Source: Heptranchias perlo (lineage: Eukaryota). From it: 64,000 nt of DNA. Both the position numbers and the translations under genes were made by a program. Below the pieces are notes generated by a model. The model had not been told where the DNA came from and made no database searches. It was given only the letters and a program-made list of their open reading frames with translations. The stretch spans positions 8,680,001 to 8,744,000 of the forward strand of contig NC_090364.1 in the NCBI RefSeq assembly GCF_035084215.1, read 5' to 3'. Of this stretch, positions 12,180-29,700 are shown piece after piece; the stretch's first letter is position 1, and every line of letters starts with the position of its first letter.

Positions 12180-12556
12180 ACTGCTCCGTGGCCTCGCCCC
12201 TCTCTATCCCTGTAACCTCCTCCAGCCCCACAACTTTCCGAGATCTCTGCACTCCTCCAATTCCGGCCTCTTGCTTTTCTCTGATTTTTATCACTCCACC
12301 ATTGGCGGCCGTGCCTTCAGCTGCCCAGGCCGTGAGCTCTGGAATTCCCTCCCTAAACCTATCCTCTACCTCTCTCTCCTCCTTCTTTAAGACGCTCCTT
12401 AAAACCTACCTCTTTGACCAAGCTTTTGGTCTCCTGTCCTAATATCTCCTTATGTGGCTCGGTGTCAAATTTTGTCAGATTATGCACCTGTGAAGCACCT
12501 TGGGGAGTTTTACCACGTTAAAGGCGCTATATAAATGCAATTTCTTGTTGTTGTTG
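12180..12556 (+). mobile_element. L2-type LINE 3' fragment
   Basis: [28 protein letters not shown]; tail AAAGGCGCTATATAAATGCAA..(TTG)n. Confidence 0.85.
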
Positions 12557-13052
12557 CTATACTTGTCCTGAACTCAAGACTCAGAATTGAATCTAGACAA
12601 CACCAAACCCTAATATGACAGAGCCCCCCTGCTCCTCGGTCCATCTCCTTATTTATGCCGTGGGCTCCTGTTGTCAAGTTACTGCACGGTGGATCAAACA
12701 TATTAACAGCTCCAGGGGTAAAGAAAGATATCCCTTGTTCCTCTGCCACTTTGGCCAATTTCATACAGAGCACTGAAGGTGGCTTAATCAGGCTAAATAC
12801 TGAGCAAAGCTCACAACCAAATTAAAGAAACAAACTAATTTGTGGGTCTATCTCAAGCTTGTCAGCATTAATAGCTCTCCTCAAATGCCAAAACGATAGT
12901 TTTGTTGTACATTTTAAAGCTATCATTCCCACCATTGCTCATGGAAAAGACACTTTCAGAGTTATCACTTTTGCTGGAGGACAAAGAACCAATCGACCAA
13001 TTGTCCTCAATGAACTACCATTCTCTTTTTTAATGTTCTCATTGGCTCTGGA

Positions 13053-13400
13053 ATCTTTGAGTAAAACTGTGAAAAAAGTGTTACCATTTTTTTTTGTGTG
13101 CCACATCCAGTCGCAACCAAATTAAACCAAGATCCCATTGTGCTCATCGATTATGCACTCCAGTCCCTGCAATGTCCATCAGTCGCGGAAAGCCTCGACC
13201 ATACTGGCGACACCCCGTGCTCCTTCCTCAGGGCCACCCAGGCGCAGAGAATGCCGCGGAAGAGAGGCAGGCAGTCGGAGCGACCGCCCTCACGGGTCAC
13301 GTCTAACCTGGACCTGTGGATGGTAACCTTGGCCAGGCCCGGGAGCAGACCCACGAGGATGTCCTCCGACTTGCCTGACCCCCCCTCCTCACCGGGCGGC
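13053..13400 (-). mobile_element. Tx1/L1-like LINE 3' fragment in the promoter of ferritin gene A
   Basis: Minus frame LLPGLAKVTIHRSR..DCLPLFRG resembles the Tx1 ORF2 C-terminus; 15-bp near-perfect TSD CT(C/G)ATTGGCTCTGGA at 13038-13052 and 13401-13415. Confidence 0.7.
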
Positions 13401-13552
13401 CTGATTGGCTCTGGATGCCATCCCCATCCCATCCTGTGCTGATTGGAATCCTTGGACATGGCAGCTGTTTGATTGGTTGACAAGAGTGGCCAGTCATCAT
13501 TGATGATGTCATTTCCTGGATTTCATGCTAGGTTGCGCTCCAGGGGTATAAA
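13401..13552 (+). promoter_or_regulatory. Core promoter of ferritin gene A: three inverted CCAAT boxes, CRE-like TGATGTCA, TATA box
   Basis: ATTGG at 13404, 13442, 13472; TATAAA 13547-13552; layout conserved with the gene B promoter. Confidence 0.8.
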
Positions 13553-13631
13553 TTCAGGTCTTCTGGCACTATAGTTCCAAATTAATAGTGGTACTGAAAC
13601 TAACTTAGAGTGTTTGTAGAATTTTTGAAAA

Positions 13632-18067
<4,436 letters not shown>

Positions 18068-18199
18068 TACTCAATTATCATTGTGTTTGAAATAGGACCA
18101 TCTTTGTCTTAGTTGATGTTGACTATGAAGATTTCCTCTTAAGAACTACTTGTAGCCAGTAACTTGTTTGGGGGTTGTCTGTGTGAAACAGAACTCTAA

Positions 18200-18247
18200 A
18201 ATAAAATTTTCTGGGAATTAATGTAAAAACAGTATGTTGCAAATAAA
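18200..18247 (+). terminator. Candidate polyadenylation signals of ferritin A
   Basis: AATAAA at 18200-18205 and 18242-18247. Confidence 0.6.
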
Positions 18248-18585
18248 GTGGACACATTCTGTATTGGTCTCCTGTATTGGATATAAGCTATTGATTTTCA
18301 CAATAGCCTCTGCTTTAAGTTTGAGTGTGATTACTAACATGGTCTAATCCATCATGCTGCCTGATGACTCTACTAACTATAGTGGTCATTAACTGAGAGG
18401 AATTGTCTCCCTCTCACTCTCTGTACTGAATTTGTAGCCTGGCCTCTGCCCCCTTGGGTTAGGGAGAAAGAAATAATAAACAATCTTGGTGGATAGAATG
18501 GGACTTTGTCAGGAACACCATTTCCTTCTAATGAGGTGCTAACTAGGTGAAGGCACAATACAGGTCTGCATACATAACTAAACAG

Positions 18586-19345
18586 GATGTGGAGATGCCA
18601 GTGATGGACTGGGGTGGACAAATGTAAGGATTCACACAACACTAGGTTATAGTCCAACAGCTTTATTTGAAATCACAAGCTTTCAGAGCTTTGCTCCATC
18701 AGGTGAGTGAAGGGTTCCATAAAGGCACAGCATATAGTCAGAACAATGCCTGGTGATTACAGTTGTAAACAATTTTACAACACCAAGTTATAGTCCAGCA
18801 ATTTTATTTTAAATTCACAAGCTTTCGGAGGCTTCCTCCTTCCTCAGGTAAATGTTCAGGAGCTCCTCTAAGCCTACGCATTTATACATATAGAACAATA
18901 CATGGTGTTTACAGAATGCCCCTGCAACTGCCCGTTGCCAAGGCAATCACCGTGTTCAGACAGAGAGGTGTCACCTGCAGAACCCCCGAATACACATTCA
19001 ACAAAAAAACAAACAGGAAAAAAAAAGAGAGAGGCAGAAACATCCGGAAGGCAGAGAAAGCCAGCAAATGACCCATTATATTAAAAACAGATAACATTTG
19101 TTCGCTGGTGATTACAGATAATCTTTCTAACTTCCCTTTATCTCTCTGCCAAGGTGTGATAATCAAAGGTTTGGATGGTGTTCAGACAAGTTAGTCGGAG
19201 TTATTACATCCAAGAATACTGAATACACAAGGGGTCACATCACAAAGACAGAGAGAATGACTAGTTGTAGTAAAAACAGAACTTTTTTATGCTGGTGGGG
19301 TTACATGTAGCATAACATGAACCTAAGATCCTGCTTGAGGCCAGG
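18586..19345 (-). mobile_element. Penelope-like element fragment with a related copy nested at 18763-19104
   Basis: Shares GATGTGGAGATGCC..GGACTGGGGTGGACAAATGTAAGG with 6889-7095; nested copy flanked by 13-bp direct repeat CTGGTGATTACAG (18750-18762, 19105-19117). Confidence 0.7.
18815..18851 (-). ncRNA. Minimal hammerhead ribozyme-like motif (antisense)
   Basis: Reverse complement reads UUAC-CUGAGGA-A-GGAGG(AAG)CCUCC-GAAA-GC-UU-GUGA. Confidence 0.55.
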
Positions 19346-19761
19346 AGCTAAGTGGCCACATACACCCAATGGATCAAGTCAAAGCTCTGCTGTCCTACTT
19401 GTTTTGAATGGGGGCAGATAATTTAAGTAATTAATGGGACAAGAAAGCTCCATACATATCAATGATGTGTACTCACAACCATCTTCAGGTAGAGTGGATG
19501 ATCCAGTCTTCAGCTAATTTATTCTGCAGGCAGTCACGAAACTTTATGTACTGGACACAAAGGTTATGGGCCTTGACACCATCCTGCCTGTAGTGCTGAA
19601 GACCTGTGCTCTAGAACTAGTCATCTCTAGCCAAGCTGTTCCAGTAAAGCTACAATGCTGCATCTACCTGACAATGGAAAAATGTCCAGACATGTCCTGT
19701 CCACAAGCAGGACAAATGCAATCTGGCCAGTTACGATCCCATCTATTCTCAATCAGCAATA

Positions 19762-20100
19762 AAGTCCCACTCCAGAGACTCGAGCACAAATTCTAGGCTG
19801 CCCCACCCAGTGCAAAATACAGAGTGCTGTACTGTCAGTTGCTGTGTTTTGTATGAGACCTAGTCTGCCCTCAGGTGGATGTAAAAGATCCCCCAGTGCT
19901 ATTTTTGAAGAGTAGGGGAGTTTTTCCAGGTGTCCTGGCCAATATTTATCCCTCAATCACAAACAGATTATCTACTCATCTTGCTATGTGCAGATTGGCT
20001 GCTACATTACAACAGTGACTACACTTCAAAAGTACTTAATTGGCTGTAAAGCATTTTAGGACATTGTGAAAGGTGCTATAGAAATGCAAATTCTTTTTTT
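19762..20100 (+). mobile_element. Deu-domain SINE
   Basis: Similar to 5817-6265. Confidence 0.75.
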
Positions 20101-20629
20101 CCATTACCAGTCTATTCCTTCCCAATTTAAACCCTCATTTACTCATCCAACAAGCAGCTTCTCTGGCCTGTGTATGTTGTAGCAACTCCCATACTGCTTC
20201 TCCTCTTCCCCAGCGCAGTCACTAGCCTCCGCACAGAACGTACTCGTTCTCATCTGACTCCGTGTCCTGCCTTTTTAAATAAAAGATGCAAATTTAGTGT
20301 ATCAACATGCAGTGGGGAATAGAAAGAGGGATGGGAAGCAGACAAGGCAACAATGAGTAAGTGTGTCACATACAGATAAAGAGTGGAAGGGAGATGAATA
20401 ATTAAAGTGTGAGCAAAACAGATACAATTACAAATAAGGCAGTTATATTTCTGAGCTGAGCAATGCTGCAGGAGATTAATATGTAGTCTGTAATAATTCA
20501 GCTGTAGCAGCTTGTCACGTACATAATAATCCATCATTACCACAGAGATCCCACTGTAAAAAGGTCATAAAGTGCCTCGGGGGAAATAAGTCAATTATCC
20601 ATTAAATTTAAGGAGTGAAACAATGGGAT

Positions 20630-21082
20630 TCACACCAAGTCCTGTTCATCCTTCAGCCCTGTGCTCGCTGGCTACATTGGCTCTTGGTCCAGCAAAGCCT
20701 CGATTTTAAAATTCTCATCCTCATTTCCAAATCCCTCCAAGGCCTCGCCCCTCCCTGTCTCCGTAACCTCCTCCAGCCCTACAATTCTCCAAGAACTTTG
20801 CGTTTCTCCAATTCTTGCCTCTTGAGCATCCCCGATTTCCTTCGCTCCTCCACTGGCAGCCATGCCTTCCGCTGCCTAGGCCCTAAGCTCCTTAAACCCC
20901 TTCACCTTTCCACCTCTCTCTCCTCCTTAAAACTTACCTCTTTGACCAAGCTTTTGGTCACCTGTCCTAATATTGCCTTTTGTGGCTCGGTGTCAAATTT
21001 TGTCTGATAATCGCTCCTGTGAAGTGTCTTGGATCATTTCACTAAGTTAAAGGCGCCTTTTTAATGCAAGTTGCTGTTGTTG
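20630..21082 (+). mobile_element. L2-type 3' fragment
   Basis: LHWL..DFKILIL..SLQGLAP motifs and L2 tail. Confidence 0.8.
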
Positions 21083-21840
21083 TTTGGACAGACCATTTGT
21101 GCTAATCATGTATTAGTGGGACCCTCCTCCAGAGGGGGCACTTGTAGTGATGGTTTTGTTCTGGTGGCATTGAGTTAGCCTAGTGCCACTCAAATGGTCC
21201 GTTCAAAATAGTCCTGTACAAGGGCCTTCTCTCAAAGAGAGAAGAATTGTCCATTCTCCAAATACTGACTGAATTTCTACATAACTATTATTATGGGATC
21301 CCTTCAGGCTGATATTATTGATAGTGTGTGAACGGCAGGTGAGTCAAGTTACCTGATTGCGTTAGGTAGGGATGAATGGTCAACATCACACACATTTCTA
21401 CATTTCCTCGCTCTTTCCCTCATCTCCTCTCCATCCTACCTATGTGCTAGTATTACAGTAATGCAGATGAACCAGTTACATCAACCAATAAAGAGACTTT
21501 TCCCTCAAGACAGAGTCAACACTTCTATCCACACCTTCTCATTTGGGTTAGAGTCAGGTGAGTCTCCCTGACATTGGATAGATACACAATTAAGGACCTT
21601 GAGGGGCAATCAGAAGGCTGGTTCACATTGCACACTCACAGGGATCCTACATGGATACACATCTCAAACACCCCTTGGATTTTCAAATAGCTAACAAGAC
21701 TCTGATTAATTGAGGCAAGTATTCACAGATGTTTCACCAAGTTGCAGAAATAAATAGGTTGTGATGCAGAAACAACGGAGACTGCTCAGGTCAAAGAAAC
21801 AATTAGCAATAATATCATCATTGAGTCTATTCTGTAAAGT

Positions 21841-22040
21841 TCTGATTGGCTTTGGGTACCATACCCAAAGATTTCTCCTTATTGGTTAGTTAGAAAAGGC
21901 ATACCCAAAGCTTATCCTGTGTTGATTGGAGTCCTGAAACATGGCAACTGCTTGATTGGTTAACAAGAGTGGTTAATCAACATAGATGATGTCATTTCCT
22001 GGATTTTAAACAGGTGGGTGTATCCCTCCCACAGTATAAA
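21841..22040 (+). promoter_or_regulatory. Core promoter of ferritin gene B: four inverted CCAAT boxes, CRE-like site, TATA box
   Basis: ATTGG at 21845, 21881, 21925, 21955; TATAAA 22035-22040. Confidence 0.8.
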
Positions 22041-22080
22041 TTCAAGTCTTCTCAGGGTAAAGTCTTAGACATTTAGTATT

Positions 22081-22111
22081 GTTGCTGTTTAAATAGTGTT
22101 TGAACTGATTC
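22081..22111 (+). promoter_or_regulatory. Degenerate iron-responsive element (IRE) in the 5' UTR of ferritin B
   Basis: TG-T-TTAAA-TAGTGT-TTGAA-C versus canonical TG-C-TTCAA-CAGTGT-TTGAA-C; bulge C and loop C1 both changed to T. Confidence 0.65.
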
Positions 22112-22136
22112 TCCTGTCCAAAAGCTCACGTAAAGG

Positions 22137-23892
<1,756 letters not shown>

Positions 23893-24049
23893 TGTGACAA
23901 AATATTGCAACAACTATTTAAATTGTCTATTGTACATGTGAACAGTGTCTTCTGCAGTGGTATGAAATGGAACATCAGTATTTGAAAAAAAAAGTGAGAT
24001 TTGATGTACCAGGTGCTGTAAGCATGATTAATGTGTTCCAATTATTTCA

Positions 24050-24055
24050 AATAAA
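24050..24055 (+). terminator. Candidate polyadenylation signal of ferritin B
   Basis: AATAAA about 160 nt after the stop, followed by a GT/T-rich tract. Confidence 0.65.
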
Positions 24056-25229
24056 AAGCTAAGCTAGCATTGTCTTTGACCTTTCTCGTGGTGTTCTATA
24101 ATGGTTATGCAAACAGTTCAGCCTCATTTGCATCTGCTCCAAGGTTGACTACTTGTGAGTAATGTGACATAGGCCATATGCAGGATTTGGTCAAAAGGCC
24201 ATTTTGCAAACTCCTTTGCTCCTCCATGGTGCAGGTACAAAATCATCAGATGATTTCAATCTAAAAAATACATAATGGTGGTTTTCCCATGATCTGGCTT
24301 GAGTATATGTTAAAAGTTTATTCTCTCTGAATGATTCTGGCCATGATTTATTCTTAGTTGCCCAGAAGGGATGGGAGTGGCTTTCAAAGCATTTACCGGA
24401 TTTCTTTTTCATGGAATCATAGAAGGATACAGCACTAGGAGGCCATTGTGCATGTACCTGCCCCTTTAAAAGAGCTATCCAATTCACTTTTTGAAAGTTT
24501 TTTTGAATCTGCTTCCACCACCCTTTCAGGCAGTGTATTCCAGATCATTTTTTGTTCAATTTTGCAACTTGCTAAGGTGTGATTTTGAAGCCTTGCATTT
24601 CTAATCCAGTACAATTACCACCACACTACAAGGTAGAAGTTTGTGAAAGACCAGGGAAGTAAGCTGATTGGAAAAACACTTGTTGCTGTAAATTCCTAGG
24701 AAATCTGAACTTGAGTTAAAAGCATAAACTGTTTTGTGCTACAGAGCTATTGATGTGCTAGGACATAAGGGATATTATCCAGGCTATAATGTCTTTAATA
24801 TTAAATGGTTGATGGCAGAAGTGGATGAAGTGAGTACATGTTCACATTGGCAAATTTCCAATGTTCTCTCAATCTTTCAACAGAAGGTTGGCAGAAACCC
24901 TGCAGAAATAGTGTTGATGCCAGCTGGTGGGAGAGAGGAGAATCTCTGCAGAAATGGTGTTGGTTGACTCCTTCTTCTGGAGACCTGCGGTCTGCAGCCA
25001 TCTCCCTGGTTCCTCCTAGTCTCAGTTAGCCAGCAAGTACACATTCTTGATGCTGCTATACTATGCACCAAACCTCACACCGTGCTTGCAGACATGATTA
25101 AATTCTGTGGCAATACATTTTTACAAGGTTTTGCTCCTGTTGCTTATAACATCAGCTCTTAACCTCTACATGCTTATCTTTTTGGCTTGATTTGCATCTG
25201 CCTCATGGATCTTGGGCTGTTTTCATCAA

Positions 25230-25476
25230 TTTTAATCGCTGCACCGTTGGCAGCTGTGCCTTCGGCTGCCTAGGCCCTAAGCTCTGGAATTCCCTCCCTA
25301 AACCTCTCCTCCTTTAAGACTCTCCTTAAAACCTATTTTTGACCAAGCCTTTGGTCACCCATCCCAATATCTCCTTATGTGGCTCTGTATCAAATTTTGT
25401 CTGACCACGCTCCTGTGAAGCACCTTGGGTTGTTTTACTATGTTAAAGGCGCTATATAAATGCAAGTAGTTGTTGG
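25230..25476 (+). mobile_element. L2-type 3' fragment
   Basis: Same tail as 12180-12556. Confidence 0.75.
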
Positions 25477-26682
25477 TGCCATATGGTGAGCGAGAAGGAG
25501 AATCCCTGCATAAATTCCAGGCGCATAGCTCTACTGAGCTCAGTAATTTCTTCCAGGCTACGTGTAGTGTTACTGATTATATCTCTACAGATGATGCAGC
25601 TTCCTCTCTCTCATGCATCTGAGCCAGCACACCTGTGTTAACTGATTGTATCTCTAAGGCTAAACAAGCTCCCTCTCAATGTTGGGCTCAGTGACTCCTC
25701 CCAGTTAGTTCTGGTAATGATACCATTCATGGTCAAAGGAAATAAATTAATAAAATTTAACAATGAGCGAAAGGATGTTAAAGTAGTTCTGATTTTTAAA
25801 GAGTGACTTGATGGTGAGTCACCCTCTTTAATGGAATGGTCGATGGGTGCATTTGTTCAGATATCACCATTCTCCCAGAGCAGCAAAAGGTTGATCTGGA
25901 CACAAATGGTACTTTAAATTAAATAAATATATCAGTCTGATGCTTGATTCTGCTATAACTCCAAAATGGCTGAATTTTGAATTGTGGCCTTATTTCCACA
26001 TTATGTGGAAGTATTGGCCATTAAGGTACTGAAAGTCCACTGTGAAGAGGAGGAGGAGCATTCTTGCAATCCACTTGCATATTGTTGCTGCAGTTTCTAT
26101 GGGGCAGCTGCACCACTGGGACAATGGTCAAGGAAATGGCGTCTGGATTACTGTTCATCAGTGTTTGGTATGGGAGTTTTTAATCCTGATCTTTCTTCTG
26201 GTGCTGGGGTACAGAATACAGGGACACCCACTTTCCAGGTGGTCGCACTTTGTATCTGACTGCCCATTTCACCTCAAACATTGGCCACCTCAATCCTTCT
26301 CCTCTTCTCCCCTCTCCCAACTTGGTTAATGCTTGACCTGGAGTTCAATGGTCAGCATTGCTTTGTTCCACCCATCTCCAAGTCTAACCAGTTGGCAAGA
26401 AAAGGCTTATTGATAAAATTCAACGCACAACACTCTCATTTGGTAGTTAAATTACCCATAAACTAATTTCCCTACATAGCTGGTCGGGTTGTGTGCACAG
26501 TGTGCAGGTATTCAGTTAGCAGAGATCCAGAGGTGAATGGCTGAGAGGAAGGGAGTTTAGAAGCTCACGGACACAAACAAGGGATTAAGCTAAGGACGTT
26601 TACTTTACAGACGAGAGGTCGTCTTCGCGCTTTTATTCCAATACTTTACTGAAAAAAAGTTATATGTGTGGACTGTTAAATG

Positions 26683-26717
26683 ATGCAAAACATCAAATGC
26701 GTGGTGGTGGGAGATGG
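26683..26717 (+). CDS. Rac-like gene 1 exon 1 (coding)
   Basis: [18 protein letters not shown] donor. Confidence 0.92.
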
Positions 26718-29700
26718 GTGAGTAATCCTTATCACCTCCCTGATGGTTTTACCTGTTTTATATAAATATATATTTTATCTGAACTATCTGGAAGTGATAC
26801 AAAGATCGATTCCTTTCCATTCTTCCTCCCTTTCCTGAAGGCACTGACTTGTACTTGAATACGTTTCACAGAGGCTTGCCTCCCTTCAGGCCAAGTGACC
26901 ATTTTTCAGCTGTAAACTTGCTGCATGTTGGGCTAATCTGCATTCATCCAACTCTGGCCTCTTGTGCCCCCTCCATTTCCTTCACCCCCACTATTGGCGG
27001 CCGTGCCTTCAGCTGTCTAGGCCATAAGCTTTGGAATTCCACCCGTAAACCCCTCCGCCTCTCTCTCCTCCTTTAAGCCGCTCCTTAAAACCTACCACTT
27101 TGACCAAGCTCTTGGTCACCCATCCCAATATCTCCTTATGTAGCCAGGCGTCAAATTTTGTTTGATAACCGTCCTGTGAAGCACCTTGGGACATTTCGCA
27201 ACGTTAGAGGCGCCATATAAACGCAGGTTGTTGTTGATGATGAAGCAATAATCCACTGGCAACTGTTTGGCAGCAGGGAGGGGACGACAAAAGAGTAAAG
27301 GAAAGAATGCCTTACACCAGCAATGGTTCACCATTGGTGTTGCCCCACTGACACTGCACACACAGCAAAACTCCCATTGCTTTCCGTGGGACTGACGATA
27401 AGCTGGACACTCTCTTCTTTTTGCAGAGCTGTTGGTAAAACATGTCTTCTTATCACTTACACAACCAACGACTTCCCTGAGGAGTACATTCCTACTGTGT
27501 GAGTATCTGGTGCTACTTTTTAAAATTTTTACTTTGTGCCCCTCAATTTGAGAAACATTTGCTTTGGGGATAGAGGTGCTGAAATTCCTCGGGTTGCGAT
27601 TACATTTTTGCAATTTCACACCCCAGGTCTTCCATCTCTGGCTCAAGTGAGACTGATAATGTAGTGGGTCATTTTGATTGATATTAAAGTCGCGGGCACC
27701 GTGTGCCCAGATTTCCAGATACGGAACAAGCTCCGCCCCACTACTGCAAATTCGTATAATTACCCCGCTAGTGCCAACTAGTGGTGTACCTGAAACCACC
27801 AGGGTAAGACAGTGTATTGTTTCGGTTTTCCAAGTGTGCCTTGGTGTTGCCAAGGGGTGTATTGTGGGATGTTGGCTGCTCTGCCGGCCTCCTTTGACTG
27901 CGGACTACAACTGCCCTGATCCTCCAAAGCAACATTGCTTTTATATTGGTCAGCTTTAGGGTTGCCAACCCTCCAGGATCGCCCTGGAGTCTCCAGGAAT
28001 AAAGACTAATCTCCAGGACACTGCTGCGAGCAACACCCAGGAGATAATTGTGTTTCTTTTTAAACTTTCTTTGAACATTTTTGTTTACTAGTTATAAATA
28101 GATTGGACACTTGGAGGGAAAAAAAACTGTTTGACTGACAGTCAAGAATCATCCAATCGGGTAACGGAGAGTCTATTTGCGTTTCTAATTGGCGTGCGAA
28201 GGCGGTATGTTATGAGGATGGGCAGATTGGTCGACCAATGGCGGGAATGTGGGGGCAGGGCGGTTGGTCATGTGATGAAACCTCCAGGAATATATCCAAC
28301 CAGAGATGGCAACCCAAGTCAGCTTCTCAAAATAACAGGACCGCCCTGTGACAATTCGAAGCCAATGAATATCCCTCAACCGCCCAATCACACAGTGAAC
28401 TGATTTTTAGTTTGTAAAGTTAGCGCTTTGCCTCTTACTTATATTTCTTCAATAGATTTTGAAAACATACTTTATAAGGGCCCAATTTAAAGAAAAATTC
28501 TTTACCTTCCTTCAGAGGTCTAGTTCTCGACCCAGGCCTGGACCCCTGAGGTGTGCCCCACTCCTGTCAATGCTGAGGCTGGTGTGCCTCTTCCTTCTTG
28601 GCCTACCAGCTTGGGAAGCCTCTTGAGAGGCTGAGGATGCAGGAACTCCTGGCTTAGGGAGTCCCCGCCCTCGAAGCCCGCTCCCTCCACGTCAGTGACT
28701 TTCTTTTGGATGGGGTCTTCCTTCAAAGTGGTCACAGCAATCTCAGGTGCAAGTCTGGGACCCTCTGTATCTAGGTCCCAACGGAGTTCCCTGCCACTCT
28801 AATGGATTCCCACTGTAGTTGTGGTGAGAATCAGTTGAGCAATGTTAAGGCCCATAGTATAAAATATGTACATATTCAGTCCCCATTTTACACCTTACAT
28901 TTTGTCTTTGTTTTTATATAATACATTATTACTTGTTGTTCTCCCATATCATCACATACAGTAAGTCAGAGACTATTGTCTCTCTCATCTGTCTATGTGG
29001 TCTTCATGTTGCTGTTTCTTTCTCTGTGTCTCCTCTTCTGCTTCTCTTGCTCTCTGACTCCTTGCTCCTCCCTCCGTCTGTTTCCTTTCGGGTGGGAGGT
29101 GATGGGTGATGTGGCGGGGAAAGGAGCTACCAGTGGTTGCCGGTTGCATTTGCCGTGGGGGTTGTGGGGAAAATGTGGCCCTCGTCTCATTCCTCTCCCC
29201 AGTTACTCACGTTCCCGCAACCCATCGCTCGCATTGCATCCCCATCCCTTCCCCTTCCCGCTACCTCCCCTTCCCAGCACACTGTCATTCCCATCACTAC
29301 CTCACGTCTTCCCCTTTGAACTATCTCCTCAACCCCTGTGCCCTCCCCTTCCTCTTGCTCTGCTCTGTCGCTCGCTCCCACTCGTACCCCCACATTTCCT
29401 TCACCACACGGACTGCAACGGTTCAAGAAGGCGGCTCACCAGCACCTTCTCAAGGGCAATTAGGGATGGGCAATAAATGCTGGCCTCGCCAGCGATGCCC
29501 ACATCCCATTTTTAAAAAAAAGTTTACATTTCTGCAAAATAACTTCCTATGTCCATATTTGGAATGGGTTTTGCATTTATAAACTTGTCATGCTGTAATT
29601 ACACCCTCCCACAAGTGGTGGCTCTGTTCCACTTCCGTTTTGCATCTCCCAGCTCTTCAGCTGTCTCTCCACACTGTAGCATTATCTTATATTTCACCCG

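Noticed and set aside
13098-13512. GC-rich overlapping ORFs as a separate gene or CpG island
   Set aside because: Explained by a Tx1-like LINE fragment with a TSD plus the ferritin promoter
25984-26329. Short Cys/Glu-rich ORFs upstream of Rac gene 1
   Set aside because: Non-ATG starts, no family resemblance and no splice support
27116-27853. 245-aa minus-strand ORF
   Set aside because: Antisense to Rac exon 2 and runs through L2 and MITE-like sequence; no recognisable domain
28976-29582. 166-aa and 158-aa ORFs
   Set aside because: Low-complexity pyrimidine-rich intron sequence ending in a LINE tail
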